Below are positions 1 through 8,439 of a stretch of DNA of 64,000 nt, one piece after another. Below the pieces are notes generated by a model. It was not told the DNA's origin. It saw only the letters and a list, made by a program, of their open reading frames with translations, and did no database searches. Within the stretch, counting starts at the first letter, position 1. Every line of letters begins with the position of its first letter. The stretch spans positions 402 through 64,401 of the forward strand of contig JBAZSE010000005.1 in NCBI GenBank assembly GCA_041662565.1. The letters run 5' to 3'. This DNA is from Patescibacteria group bacterium. Lineage in GTDB: Bacteria; Patescibacteriota; Patescibacteriia; UBA1558; UBA10009. The position numbers and the translations under genes were made by a program.

Positions 1-1602
1 GGCAAGTGGCTGGAAGGGGCGCGCGATTGGTCTATTTCTCGTCAGCGGTTTTGGGGTTCGGTAATGCCAATTTGGGTTTGCAAGGAGTGTGGTGAAAAAA
101 AAGTTTTTGGTTCGGTTGAGGAATTAGAGCATGCTTCCGGCAGGGAAGTTAATGATTTGCATAAGCACGTAGTTGATTTGATTACCGTGCCGTGCCCCAA
201 CTGTAAAAATAACATGAACAGAATTCCTGATGTATTGGATTGCTGGTTTGAATCCGGTTCTATGCCTTACGCCCAATTGCATTATCCTTTTGAAAATAAA
301 GAAAAATTTGAACATAATTTTCCAGCTGCTTTTATTGCCGAGGGCGCGGACCAAACCAGAGCTTGGTTTTATTATTTGCATGTTTTAGCCGTAGGCATCA
401 AGGGTAAAGCGGCTTTCAAAAATGTGGCGGTTAACGGTATTGTGTTGGCTGCTGATGGCAAAAAAATGTCCAAAAAGCTTAAAAATTATCCGGACCCAAT
501 GGAGATGATTAATAAATATGGCGCCGATGCCATGCGTTATTATTTAGCCACCTCGCCGGTTTTAAAAGCCGATGATTTGTGTTTTGCCGAACATGATTTA
601 GCCACTGTTTATAAAAAGGTTTTTATTATTTTGGGAAATGTTGTTTCGTTTTACAAAATGTATGAGCCGCAAACGGCAAATTCTTTATTCTCCGAACCCG
701 TCGAATCGGCGGGGAAGAGGGCTAAGATCCAAATTCCAAGATCCAAAAATATTTTGGACGAATGGATTTTAGTTAAGCTTGCTGTTTTGAATCAAGAAAT
801 TACAACTGCGTATAAAGGTTATGATTTGGTTGGGGCTGCGCGGCCACTGGGTGATTTTATTGATCAACTTTCTACTTGGTATTTAAGGCGTTCCCGCGAA
901 AGGTTTAAAGGAGAGGATGAAGATGATAAACAAAATGCCTTGGCAACTTTTAAATATGTTTTGTCAGAATTGTCGTTGTTAATGGCTCCGGTAATGCCGT
1001 TTACCGCCGATTGGCTTTATAAAGAAGCGGGCGGGGCTAAACAATCTGTCCATCTTGAAAGTTGGCCTGTTGATTTTATTAAACATGATGAAAAAGTTTT
1101 AGCTAATATGGAAGCAGTCAGAAAGATTGTGGAATTGGCTTTAGCTAAACGTGATGAAGTTGGTATTAAAGTCAGACAGGTTTTGGGTAGCTTAAAGCTC
1201 AAAACGCAAAGTTTAAAACTAAGGGATGAATATCTAAATTTAATCAAAGACGAGGTTAATGTCAGAGAAGTGAAATTCATCAAAGGAACGTCCGATAATC
1301 TTGAAGTTGAATTGGATACGGTTTTAACGGAAGAATTAAAAGCCGATGGTTTGTACCGGGAATTAATTAGAACCATCAACCAGTTGCGCAAAGAAGCCGG
1401 CCTAACCATTCAAGATAAAGTTAGCGTTTTTTATCAAACAAATTCTTTATTGGTTAAAAGCGCCATTACTCAATTTAATGCGGAGCTTTTAAAAAATACT
1501 TTAAGTTTAAGTTGGCAAGAAAGCAAAGCGGGGGATTGTTTAATTACCAAAGAGGCGGAAGTTAATGGCGAGATTGTTAATTTATCATTGGTTAAAGTTT
1601 AA
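1..1602 (+). CDS. ileS: Isoleucyl-tRNA synthetase, C-terminal part (5' end lies outside the window)
   Basis: The reading frame is open from base 1 (..WSISRQRFWG..). It contains the KMSKKL (KMSKS) class I motif, a Cys-X2-Cys..Cys-X2-Cys zinc knuckle and an anticodon-binding C-terminus. Confidence 0.85.
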   Translation, partial: GKWLEGARDWSISRQRFWGSVMPIWVCKECGEKKVFGSVEELEHASGREVNDLHKHVVDLITVPCPNCKNNMNRIPDVLDCWFESGSMPYAQLHYPFENKEKFEHNFPAAFIAEGADQTRAWFYYLHVLAVGIKGKAAFKNVAVNGIVLAADGKKMSKKLKNYPDPMEMINKYGADAMRYYLATSPVLKADDLCFAEHDLATVYKKVFIILGNVVSFYKMYEPQTANSLFSEPVESAGKRAKIQIPRSKNILDEWILVKLAVLNQEITTAYKGYDLVGAARPLGDFIDQLSTWYLRRSRERFKGEDEDDKQNALATFKYVLSELSLLMAPVMPFTADWLYKEAGGAKQSVHLESWPVDFIKHDEKVLANMEAVRKIVELALAKRDEVGIKVRQVLGSLKLKTQSLKLRDEYLNLIKDEVNVREVKFIKGTSDNLEVELDTVLTEELKADGLYRELIRTINQLRKEAGLTIQDKVSVFYQTNSLLVKSAITQFNAELLKNTLSLSWQESKAGDCLITKEAEVNGEIVNLSLVKV

Positions 1603-1647
1603 GTTTTTAGTTTTATCGAGCTAAGCTCGATTAAGTTTTGAATTTTT
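1602..1647. repeat. Palindromic mini-element (about 46 bp), intergenic copy between ileS and recO
   Basis: AGTTTTTAGTTTTATCGAGCTAAGCTCGATTAAGTTTTGAATTTTT with a perfect 17-bp core palindrome ATCGAGCTAAGCTCGAT. Confidence 0.75.
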
Positions 1648-1650
1648 GCC

Positions 1651-2328
1651 ATGTCCATTTTTTTAAATACCGAGGCCATTGTTTTAGCCAAATTGCCCCT
1701 TAAAGAGGCCGACCGTTTATACATTTTATTCACTCCCGAATTCGGCAAAATAGAAGCGCAAGTAAAATCGGCGGTTACCAGCAAAAGCAAATTAGCCGGA
1801 TCGTTAGAGCCGATTTCGCAAGCTAAAATAATGATTGTTAAGGGCCGGCACCTTGAAAGCGTAGCCGGTGCTCAGCTGTTACAGCGTTTTAATTTTAGCG
1901 AGCCCTTAATTTTTGGCCAAATCGGTTTGGTTAGGGAATTATTTATTAAATTGCTTAAGCCCGAAGTTAAAGAGCCCGTGTTGTATCAAAATTTATTAAG
2001 TTATCTTTCTGCCATGTCCGGAAGCGCCGAACTTGAAGCCAAAAGATTTTTAACACAAAGATTTATTTGGCAACTCCTTAATATCAGCGGTTTTAGCGGA
2101 ATAACTGATGATACCTTGTATTTGCATTCTGCCCATGGCCAAAATCAGGATATTTCCGGTTTGGATTTACCAACCCGGGAGTTGCTAAAAAACTGCCTCT
2201 TGCTCGAACCCCAACCTTTACAAGTGGCTGATAATTTGTTACAAAAACTAGAGAACTTTACGCGAACATATTTAAGGCAGATTTTAGAGCGGGATTTAAA
2301 TTCATTTTATTTTAATCTATCACTTTGA
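1651..2328 (+). CDS. recO: DNA repair protein RecO (no zinc-finger cysteines)
   Basis: The N-terminal OB-fold pattern (EAIVLAKLPLKEADRLYILFTPEFGKIEAQVKS) resembles RecO. It is 225 aa. The stop TGA overlaps the next start (TGATG). Confidence 0.6.
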   Translation: MSIFLNTEAIVLAKLPLKEADRLYILFTPEFGKIEAQVKSAVTSKSKLAGSLEPISQAKIMIVKGRHLESVAGAQLLQRFNFSEPLIFGQIGLVRELFIKLLKPEVKEPVLYQNLLSYLSAMSGSAELEAKRFLTQRFIWQLLNISGFSGITDDTLYLHSAHGQNQDISGLDLPTRELLKNCLLLEPQPLQVADNLLQKLENFTRTYLRQILERDLNSFYFNLSL

Positions 2329-4226
2329 TGTTTAACGATAATCGGAAAAAAAATCACGGGCTGGTTGATTTGCGATCAGCCAATGTGGTTAAAAAAGCTG
2401 CCACCTCTGCCCCAAAGCATGATGATTTTTTAAGCACGCCCCACGGCCCGGAACACCGTAAAATTACCCGCCGGCCGATTAAAAAGCGCTCGTCTTTTTT
2501 ATTGTTTTTAATCGTTTTACTGCTTGTTTTAGCCGGCGCTTCTATTGCCAGTTTTTTTATCTTTGATCAAGGAAAAGGCGATCAATCATTGCGCTTAACT
2601 TTAGCCGCCGCTAAAAGCGTTTCTTCGGGGGAAGAAGTAACCCTGGAAATCGGCTACGAAAATTTGGATACCATTGCTTTACAAAAAATGCAGGTGGTGG
2701 TGGAATATCCCAAGGGCTTTTATTTTAATTCCGCCTCACAGGAACCCGTTAATCAAGAGAGTAATATTTGGAATTTGCCGGATTTGGGAGTTGGACAAAA
2801 AGGTACGCTTTCTATTAATGGTCAGTTGATTGGCAAGGTAGAGGAAAATAAAGAATTTAAAATGACTTTTCAGTATCGCCCGAGTAATTTTAATTCCGAT
2901 TTCAGCGAAACTCTTGCCAAAGCCATTAAGATTAGCCAGACCTTGTTTCCTGTAAATTTAACGGCACCTGAAAAAATTGAAGAAGGCCAAACAGTAAATT
3001 TTAAAGGCGATTTTAAAAATGAAGCCAAGCAGGATTTAAATAATTTATTTTGGAGTTTTGATTTAGGCGAAGCTTTTATGCCTTTGTCTTTAACTCCAAC
3101 CACTTCCATAAACTACCAATGGTCTTTACCCGCATTGCCACCAGGTGAAAAAAAAGATATTTTGGTTGAAGGAAAAATAAATTCCGCAGTTGCCAACCCC
3201 TTGCCTTGGTATTTTAAAATCTGGCAGAAAGTTGATTTTAAAGGCAATCAGCAGGAACGTATTCTATACGAGCAATCAGGCCAAGTTGAAGTTGTTGCGC
3301 CGGTTTTAAAAGTTGGCTTGGAACTTTCTTCACCCGATAAAAAAATCAATTGGGGCGATGAAGTTGATTTAAAGCTGACTTACGAAAATATAGGCAAGAT
3401 TGATGTTAAGGAAGCGGTGTTAAAATTAGCTTTAAACCAGTATATTGATTGGCCAAGGTACAAAAACCAAACCAATGCCACCATAGATGGTAACACTTTA
3501 ATTTGGCTTTCCAAAAGCGGAAATGCCACTGTTGGCCTTTCAAATATCCCAGTTGGCACAAAAGGCGAACTTTTGATAACCGTACCGTTTGTTTTGGAAC
3601 CTAAGGATTTAATGGATTATTCGCCCGATGAAGCCAAGTTGGAGGCAACAGCTTCGGCTATGATTAAATATAATGATCAGGAGTTGAATTTTAACAGCGA
3701 AAAATTGCTTTTGCCTTTAATCAGTGCGGCGCGTTTGCAGGCCGAGGCCAGGTATTATTTGGATTCAACCCCGCTAAGCGGGGCAAGTACCAAAGTAGGC
3801 AGCGGTCCTTTGCCTCCGGTAGTTGGTCAAGAAACAAAATATCGGATTTACTGGAAGCTATTTACCGGCTCAAGCGGTTTAAGCAACGTGGCGGTTAAAG
3901 CCAGCTTGCCTTCTTATATTAATTTTGTTGGGGGCGCTGATAATCCCACCTTGGGCACACCTTTAAAATTTGATTCCGCCACGCGTGAAGTTTCGTGGGA
4001 AATTAATGAGGCAGCGCCTAACACCGGTTTAATGGCTAGTTTTGATGTTAGTGTTAAACCCTCAACCGATCAGGTTAATCAATTGCTAATCTTAAGCAAT
4101 CCCGCCATGCTTAACGCCCAGGAAAAAGATAGCAATAATTTTATTTCCAAAACCACAAATTTGTTAACTTCCGATTTAACAGCCGATTTGCAAGCCAAGG
4201 GCAAGGGCAGGGTAATGGTAAAATAA
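2328..4226 (+). CDS. Hypothetical membrane-anchored protein: basic cytoplasmic N-terminus, one TM helix, then repeated extracellular beta-sandwich-like (DUF11/CARDB-like) segments
   Basis: A hydrophobic helix (FLLFLIVLLLVLAGASIASFFIF) follows a Lys/Arg-rich N-terminus, and the extracellular part has recurring similar blocks. The ATG at 2328 is preferred over the TTG at 2325. Confidence 0.5.
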   Translation: MFNDNRKKNHGLVDLRSANVVKKAATSAPKHDDFLSTPHGPEHRKITRRPIKKRSSFLLFLIVLLLVLAGASIASFFIFDQGKGDQSLRLTLAAAKSVSSGEEVTLEIGYENLDTIALQKMQVVVEYPKGFYFNSASQEPVNQESNIWNLPDLGVGQKGTLSINGQLIGKVEENKEFKMTFQYRPSNFNSDFSETLAKAIKISQTLFPVNLTAPEKIEEGQTVNFKGDFKNEAKQDLNNLFWSFDLGEAFMPLSLTPTTSINYQWSLPALPPGEKKDILVEGKINSAVANPLPWYFKIWQKVDFKGNQQERILYEQSGQVEVVAPVLKVGLELSSPDKKINWGDEVDLKLTYENIGKIDVKEAVLKLALNQYIDWPRYKNQTNATIDGNTLIWLSKSGNATVGLSNIPVGTKGELLITVPFVLEPKDLMDYSPDEAKLEATASAMIKYNDQELNFNSEKLLLPLISAARLQAEARYYLDSTPLSGASTKVGSGPLPPVVGQETKYRIYWKLFTGSSGLSNVAVKASLPSYINFVGGADNPTLGTPLKFDSATREVSWEINEAAPNTGLMASFDVSVKPSTDQVNQLLILSNPAMLNAQEKDSNNFISKTTNLLTSDLTADLQAKGKGRVMVK

Positions 4227-4237
4227 GAAATTGTTCT

Positions 4238-4378
4238 TGCTTTGCTCCGGATGAAATTAAATTTTCCATACTCGCACCCTCCTTCGTCTCGCCAGGGTCT
4301 CGCCTGCAGCTCGCCCTGGCTCGCTTGGGGGCACCCGCTCGTATGAAGAAAATTTAATTTCATCCGTCGCTCGCAAAT
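4238..4378. repeat. GC-rich TIR-flanked palindromic intergenic element, family A copy 1
   Basis: Perfect 18-bp TIRs GGATGAAATTAAATTTTC / GAAAATTTAATTTCATCC. Core CCCTCCTTCGTCTCGCC, then stem GCCAGGG/CCCTGGC around loop TCTCGCCTGCAGCTCG. Confidence 0.8.
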
Positions 4379-4395
4379 CTTTTTAAAACATTGTT

Positions 4396-5538
4396 ATGTC
4401 TTTTAAACTTTTAAAAACCAGTAAACATTCCCAAGCCCGCTTGGGTGTTTTAAAAACCGCTCATGGCAATATCCAAACGCCTTTTTTTATGCCCATTGCA
4501 ACACGGGGCGCTGTTAAAACCTTAAGGGCTTCAGACATCAAAAAATTGAATGCCGAAATTGTTTTGGGCAACACTTATCATTTATTTTTTAAGCCGGGTT
4601 TAAAGATATTAAAAAAAGCGCAAGGGCTTCATAAATTTATGGATTGGACTGGCCCTATTTTAACCGATTCAGGCGGGTATCAGGTTTTTTCGCTCGGGGG
4701 CAATAAGGATTTTGGCTCGTCTCATAAAAATTTGGTTAAAATAACTTCAGCCGGCGTGGAATTCAGATCGGTTTACGATGGCAGTAAACATTTGTTTACG
4801 CCCAAAAAAGTTTTGGAAATCCAGGCCATGATCAATTCCGACATTAGAATGGTTTTGGATGTTTGTTCGCCATCCAATTGTTCGCGCGAGCAGGCCGAAA
4901 AGGATTTGGAAATTACATTAACTTGGGCAAAGATCAGCTCAAAACTAATAACAAAAAATTCAAAACATTTATTATTTGGCATTGTTCAGGGCGCTTTGTA
5001 TAAGGATTTACGCTTAAAATGCGTTCAAGAGTTGGTTAAATTGAATTTCGACGGCTATGCGTTGGGCGGTTTGGCGGTGGGCGAAACACCCCAAGAAATG
5101 TATAAAGTTTTGGATTACGCCTCACCTAAAATGCCAGCAGATAAACCCCGCTATTTAATGGGCGTTGGTTACCCCGAGCAGATTGTGGAGGCGGTAAAAA
5201 GAGGGATGGATATGTTTGATTGCGTTATTCCAACCAGAGAGGCTCGTCATGGTAGATTATATTATTTTAATTTAAAGCCAAAAGCTAAAAACTTAAAGTT
5301 GGATAAAGATTTTTATCAAACTATTAATATAAAGTCGGAAAAATTTTCTAACGACATGTCGGCGATAAATGTAAATTCCAAAATTCCCGAACTTAAAAAT
5401 TATACCAAGGCCTACTTAAGGCATTTGTTTAGCGTGGAAGAACCGCTTGCTTTGCAACTTGCCACTTTAAATAATGTGGAATTTTATCTTCAGCTTATGG
5501 CTGAGATTAGAAACAGCATTAAAATTAACCGATTATAA
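4396..5538 (+). CDS. tgt: Queuine tRNA-ribosyltransferase
   Basis: Hallmark Tgt motifs are present: TPFFMPIATRGAVK, LGNTYHL, DSGGYQVFSL. Confidence 0.9.
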   Translation: MSFKLLKTSKHSQARLGVLKTAHGNIQTPFFMPIATRGAVKTLRASDIKKLNAEIVLGNTYHLFFKPGLKILKKAQGLHKFMDWTGPILTDSGGYQVFSLGGNKDFGSSHKNLVKITSAGVEFRSVYDGSKHLFTPKKVLEIQAMINSDIRMVLDVCSPSNCSREQAEKDLEITLTWAKISSKLITKNSKHLLFGIVQGALYKDLRLKCVQELVKLNFDGYALGGLAVGETPQEMYKVLDYASPKMPADKPRYLMGVGYPEQIVEAVKRGMDMFDCVIPTREARHGRLYYFNLKPKAKNLKLDKDFYQTINIKSEKFSNDMSAINVNSKIPELKNYTKAYLRHLFSVEEPLALQLATLNNVEFYLQLMAEIRNSIKINRL

Positions 5539-5549
5539 AAAATAATTTT

Positions 5550-5792
5550 ATGAAAGAAAAATTATTTAGTTCCGGCGAAGCGCCGGAAGATGTAACTTTA
5601 AATCAAAGAGTTGCTAATCACGAAGGCCAAGAAGGCACAGTTACAGAAGTGATTACACCATTTTCAGTTCGAGTGGAATTTGATAATGGAGATACTTTTT
5701 TGTATAATCCGGCCCAATTGAAAAAAATTCTCAAGCACGGCGAAATTGTAGATGTTGATTTTAGCCAAAAATTAACGGGCACTAATAATTAA
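5550..5792 (+). CDS. Hypothetical small protein (80 aa)
   Basis: A compact ORF directly downstream of tgt with no recognisable motif. Confidence 0.35.
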   Translation: MKEKLFSSGEAPEDVTLNQRVANHEGQEGTVTEVITPFSVRVEFDNGDTFLYNPAQLKKILKHGEIVDVDFSQKLTGTNN

Positions 5793-5854
5793 AAGTAATG
5801 CCAAGATGCTTAAAATATGCTAAAATTTAAAATAATACTTAGCATTATAATATT

Positions 5855-6805
5855 ATGAAAATAACGGTTTTAGGTGCAGGCAGATGGGGTTCTTTGTTGG
5901 CTTGGGTTCAAAACCAGACCGGCCGGCAGGTAATTTTGTGGAATCGCCAGGATGAATTATTGGCCGAATGGCTAAAGATGGGCAAAAACAAGTATTTAAC
6001 TTTACCTTCGCAAGTTAAACTTACCGCCGATTTGGCTTTGGCTTTAAAAAACGACATTATTTTTATTGCCGTTAGGGCCCAGCATTTTAGGGATTTATGC
6101 CTGCAATTAAAAAAGCTTCAACCCAAAAATAAGTTGTTTATTTTAGCTATGAAGGGTTTAGAAGAAAAAACCGGCAAACGCTTATCCCAGATATTTTTTG
6201 AATATTTCCATCAGTCAAATTCACTTGGCGTTTTAGCCGGCCCGGGCCATCCTCAAGAAATTTCTCAAAATATTCCCACCATCATGACTTGCGCCGCTTT
6301 AGACCAAAAAGATTTGCCGGCTGTGGTTAAGGCCTGCCAAACTCCGCTGATGAAAATTTTTCCGCAAACCGATTTGTTGGGCGTGGAAGTTGGCGCGGCT
6401 TTAAAAAATGTCATCGGCTTGGCCGGGGGGTTGCTTGTTGGTTTGGAAAAAAAATCATTTAAAAGCTATTTATTGTCTCGCGGTCCGGTTGAGGTGGGTA
6501 ATTTAATTAAGGCCATGGGCGGAAAATATCAAACGGCTTTTGGCTTATCCCATTTGGGCGATTACGGCGCCACGGTTTTTTCGGGCTTTAGTTATAACCA
6601 TCAAGCCGGAGAATTATGGATTAAAGAACGCAAATTATCGTCCATAGCCGAAGGTTTGCCCACTTTAAAAGCCGTTAATTTGTTGGCAAAAAAATATAAA
6701 GTAAAAATGCCGATTTGCGAAGCAATTTATAAAATTTTTTACGGCAATATTTCCGCAAACAAATTTATTGATATTTTGCTGAAAAGAAAAACGGAATCTG
6801 ATTAA
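5855..6805 (+). CDS. gpsA: Glycerol-3-phosphate dehydrogenase [NAD(P)+]
   Basis: N-terminal Rossmann motif VLGAGRWGS and the GpsA signature GVEVGAALKNVIGLAGG. Confidence 0.85.
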   Translation: MKITVLGAGRWGSLLAWVQNQTGRQVILWNRQDELLAEWLKMGKNKYLTLPSQVKLTADLALALKNDIIFIAVRAQHFRDLCLQLKKLQPKNKLFILAMKGLEEKTGKRLSQIFFEYFHQSNSLGVLAGPGHPQEISQNIPTIMTCAALDQKDLPAVVKACQTPLMKIFPQTDLLGVEVGAALKNVIGLAGGLLVGLEKKSFKSYLLSRGPVEVGNLIKAMGGKYQTAFGLSHLGDYGATVFSGFSYNHQAGELWIKERKLSSIAEGLPTLKAVNLLAKKYKVKMPICEAIYKIFYGNISANKFIDILLKRKTESD

Positions 6806-6827
6806 TTTGGCGGAATTCTTACAGGGC

Positions 6828-6857
6828 TTGCCAAAGTGCCTATTTTTCTATTATAAT
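6828..6857 (+). promoter_or_regulatory. Candidate promoter TTGCCA-N18-TATAAT upstream of glyQS
   Basis: Near-consensus hexamers, immediately followed by a hairpin plus T-tract (6859-6890). Confidence 0.4.
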
Positions 6858-6901
6858 AAAGCTAATCTTTAACAGATTAGCTTAATTTTTTTTAAGACAT
6901 T

Positions 6902-8284
6902 ATGACTAAAAACATTCAAGAAGAAGGTGCTATGGATAAACTGGTTTCTTTGGCCAAAAGGCGGGGTTTTGTTTTTCAATCCTCCGAACTTTACGGAGGC
7001 ATCAATTCCATCTACGATTTCGGCCCCTTGGGCGTGGAATTAAAAAATAATATCAAGCGTGAATGGTGGAAAGCCATGGTTCAATGTCGGGATAATGTAG
7101 AGGGCCTGGATTCGGGCATTTTAATGCATCCCAAAATTTGGGAGGCCAGCGGGCATTTGGCCGGTTTTACCGATCCCTTGGTTGATTGTAAAGCTTGCAA
7201 AAAAAGATTTCGAGCCGATCATTTGCTGGAATCCAAAGGTTTAAAACCCGATTTTAGACCGGTTAGTTTTGCCCAAGAAGGCATTGCCTGTCCGGAATGC
7301 GATGGCGAGCTTACCAGTGTTAGGGATTTTAATTTAATGTTTAAAACCCAAATGGGTGCGGTTGAGGGCCAAACAGCCGAAATATATTTAAGGCCCGAAA
7401 CCGCACAGGGCATTTACGTTAATTTTTTGAACGTTTTAAATTCTTCCAGGCAAAAAGTGCCGTTTGGCATTGCCCAAATCGGTAAGGCCTTTAGAAATGA
7501 AATAACCCCGGGCAATTTTATTTTTAGGATGCGCGAATTTGAACAGATGGAAATGCAGTTTTTTGTTAAACCCGAAGATGCCACCAAGTGGTTTGAATAT
7601 TGGCAGCAGCAAAGAATGAATTGGTATCTGGATTTAGGGGTTAATAAGGATAAATTAAAATTCAGGCAGCACCGTAGCGATGAATTGGCTCATTACGCCA
7701 AAGCGGCGGTTGATGTGGAATATGATTTTCCGTTTGATCAGCGTGAAATGGAAGGCATCCATAACCGCGGAGAATGGGATTTATCGCGCCACCAACAATT
7801 TTCCGGCAAAGATCTTCATTACCAGGATTTGTTAACCAAAGAAAAATTCATTCCTTACGTGATTGAAACATCCGGCGGTGTTGACAGGGCCACTTTAATG
7901 TTTTTGCTTAATGCCTATACCGAGGTAGAAACCAGAAGCGGGGATGAAGAAGCCAAGCATGAAACCGAGGTGGTGTTAAAATTGGATAAAAGATTAGCCC
8001 CGATTAAAGTGGCTATTTTACCCTTGTCCAAAAAATTGTCCGAACCGGCCATGGAGATTTACAAAGATTTACGCCAAAATTATCGCTGTGATTTTGATGA
8101 TTCCGGCAGTGTGGGCAAAAGGTACCGCCGCCAAGATGAAATCGGTACGCCGTATTGCATAACTTTTGATTTTGATTCGGTAGAAGACCATAAAGTAACG
8201 GTCAGGGATCGCGATACCATGGCGCAAGAAAGAATCGCTATTGCCGAGTTAAAGGATTATTTAAGAGAAAAATTAGGGTTTTAA
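6902..8284 (+). CDS. glyQS: Glycyl-tRNA synthetase (dimeric alpha2 type)
   Basis: Class II aaRS of the GlyRS alpha2 type: FQSSELYGGINSIYDFGPLGVELKNNIKREWW. Confidence 0.9.
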   Translation: MTKNIQEEGAMDKLVSLAKRRGFVFQSSELYGGINSIYDFGPLGVELKNNIKREWWKAMVQCRDNVEGLDSGILMHPKIWEASGHLAGFTDPLVDCKACKKRFRADHLLESKGLKPDFRPVSFAQEGIACPECDGELTSVRDFNLMFKTQMGAVEGQTAEIYLRPETAQGIYVNFLNVLNSSRQKVPFGIAQIGKAFRNEITPGNFIFRMREFEQMEMQFFVKPEDATKWFEYWQQQRMNWYLDLGVNKDKLKFRQHRSDELAHYAKAAVDVEYDFPFDQREMEGIHNRGEWDLSRHQQFSGKDLHYQDLLTKEKFIPYVIETSGGVDRATLMFLLNAYTEVETRSGDEEAKHETEVVLKLDKRLAPIKVAILPLSKKLSEPAMEIYKDLRQNYRCDFDDSGSVGKRYRRQDEIGTPYCITFDFDSVEDHKVTVRDRDTMAQERIAIAELKDYLREKLGF

Positions 8285-8286
8285 TA

Positions 8287-8425
8287 TTGCGAGCGACGGG
8301 TGAAATTAAATTTTCTTCATACGAGCGGGGCCCGCGAGCGAGCCCGGGCGAGTTTCAAACGAGACCCGGGCGAGACGAAGGAGGGTTGCGAGCATGGAAA
8401 ATTTAATTTTACCTGGAGCAAAGCA
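8287..8425. repeat. GC-rich palindromic element, family A copy 2 (inverted orientation relative to copy 1)
   Basis: About 90% identical to the reverse complement of 4238-4378, including flanks. The internal stem is GCCCGGG/CCCGGGC, a compensatory change relative to copy 1. Confidence 0.8.
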
Positions 8426-8439
8426 ATGATTGCTAAATT

